Below are positions 12,002-12,588 of a stretch of 12,588 nucleotides of DNA, in pieces. Both the position numbers and the translations under genes were made by a program. Numbering within the stretch: the first letter of the stretch is position 1; the number at the start of each line of letters is the position of its first letter. The stretch comes from a virus, in IMG/VR virus record IMGVR_UViG_3300029713_000071, positions 1-12,588 of that record; one strand, written 5' to 3'. Below the pieces are notes generated by a model, which saw only the letters and a program-made list of their open reading frames with translations, had not been told where the DNA came from and made no database searches.

Positions 12002-12388
12002 TTACGCCCCTTTCTTTTTTCTCGCGTTTTGGTTGCCAAGTTTTGCGCGGCGCATTCGTTCCAGGGCTTCCGGTGTGTAAACGCCCGTCTTTCCCTTGTT
12101 CCAAGGCTCCGCGCCGCCCGGCGCGATGTTCCAACCAAGTTCCGTTAGTCTCATGCTCTTTATTTCTTCTTTTTCCAGCTGGTAGGCCTCTTCCTGCGTC
12201 AAGCCCTCGGCAATGATTAAGTGCCGTATGTTGTCCCAGCCGTATTTCTTGACTTGCTCATAGAACCGGCTCGAATGCCTGTAGCCCTCGCCATGGTTCC
12301 ATCTTTGCTCCGGCTTCTGCTTGGTAACCCCTATGTATATCCGGGGTACCGGGTCGCAGGGCGTGATATGTGCGTATAGCGTGTACAA
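12002..12388 (-). CDS. Free-standing GIY-YIG nuclease with a NUMOD3-like C-terminal motif
   Basis: 128 aa, TTG start at 12388. TLYAHI...RIYIGVTKQKPEQRWNHG (GIY...YIG...R), QLEKEEI (catalytic Glu context), ELGWNIAPGG (GYN-type Asn), then NKGKTGVYTPEALERMRRAKLG. Aligns by eye with the I-TevI catalytic domain. Confidence 0.8.
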   Translation of the reverse strand: MYTLYAHITPCDPVPRIYIGVTKQKPEQRWNHGEGYRHSSRFYEQVKKYGWDNIRHLIIAEGLTQEEAYQLEKEEIKSMRLTELGWNIAPGGAEPWNKGKTGVYTPEALERMRRAKLGNQNARKKKGA

Positions 12389-12389
12389 G

Positions 12390-12588
12390 CTACGCCCCCT
12401 TTATCTCGTGCTTTATTTGCTCGTTCTGATACCTAACGGCTAAGTCTCCCCGGCCTTCTAGGTACTCGATGCAAAGCCGCTTGTTTAGGAATGGCCCGAA
12501 TAGCTCGCCGTCTATCTTGCCGCCCTCGCTCCAATAGCCGTAGTTGTAGGCCGTCTTTGTGTCGTGGCTTGCATGGTTTAGCGCGTTT
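12390..12588 (-). CDS. Hypothetical protein, C-terminal part of the same 138-aa junction-spanning ORF
   Basis: The frame continues from base 1 across the join (codon GAC is split by it): ...GGKIDGELFGPFLNKRLCIEYLEGRGDLAVRYQNEQIKHEIKGA. Stop TAG is cta at 12390-12392, 1 nt before the TTG start of the next gene. Confidence 0.6.
   Translation of the reverse strand, partial: NALNHASHDTKTAYNYGYWSEGGKIDGELFGPFLNKRLCIEYLEGRGDLAVRYQNEQIKHEIKGA
12511..12588. repeat. Terminal direct repeat, right copy (circular-closure overlap)
   Basis: 78/78 identity with bases 1-78. Confidence 0.95.

Larger units (their letters stand above)
1..12510. mobile_element. One full unit of a circular phage-satellite-like plasmid (head and packaging genes plus ParA partition plus iteron origin); 12511-12588 is redundant overlap
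   Basis: Exact 78-bp end overlap, an ORF continuous across the join, and the gene content listed below. Confidence 0.7.

Noticed and set aside
11886-12134. Minus-strand 82-aa ORF overlapping the parA start and the GIY-YIG end, and the 9654..9845 and 4385..4654 minus-strand ORFs
   Set aside because: These are alternative frames of well-supported genes. They have Arg/Gly-rich shadow-frame composition and no independent start signals.

Overview
The window appears to be one complete, circularly closed mobile element of 12,510 bp. Bases 1-78 are identical to 12511-12588, and a 138-codon minus-strand ORF, absent from the ORF track, reads straight through the join. All 16 credible genes are on the minus strand, tightly packed, with strong Shine-Dalgarno sites and several TTG/GTG starts. 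There are two modules. (1) An HK97-type head and packaging set in the order portal, prohead protease, major capsid protein, gp6-like head-tail connector, HNH endonuclease, a 344-bp non-coding gap (probable cos), small terminase, large terminase, head-closure protein. I find no tail, lysis, integrase or CI-type repressor genes. (2) A plasmid-like maintenance and replication set: ParA ATPase plus a small ribbon-helix-helix partner, an AlpA/excisionase-type HTH protein, a 389-aa unknown protein, and an AEP-type primase-polymerase with no helicase domain. This set is followed by a rho-independent terminator and a 1.07-kb non-coding region with two triplets of 22-bp iterons inside a roughly 300-bp tandem duplication. 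Between the modules is a small cargo slot (DUF3846-like protein, 138-aa unknown protein, free-standing GIY-YIG/NUMOD nuclease) driven by a near-consensus sigma-70 promoter overlapped by direct repeats. A TGTAAGAA-type octamer, in tandem doublets or triplets, recurs at six non-coding positions: both iteron clusters, upstream of portal, upstream of terS, upstream of the cargo promoter, and in the ori duplication. My main hypothesis is a capsid-forming, tail-stealing phage satellite (functionally like cf-PICIs) that is maintained as a partitioned iteron plasmid rather than integrated. All family calls come from motifs read by eye in the translations, and no database search was possible. The host is unknown; SD strength, co-orientation and the DUF3846 gene weakly suggest a Firmicutes/Clostridia-type host.
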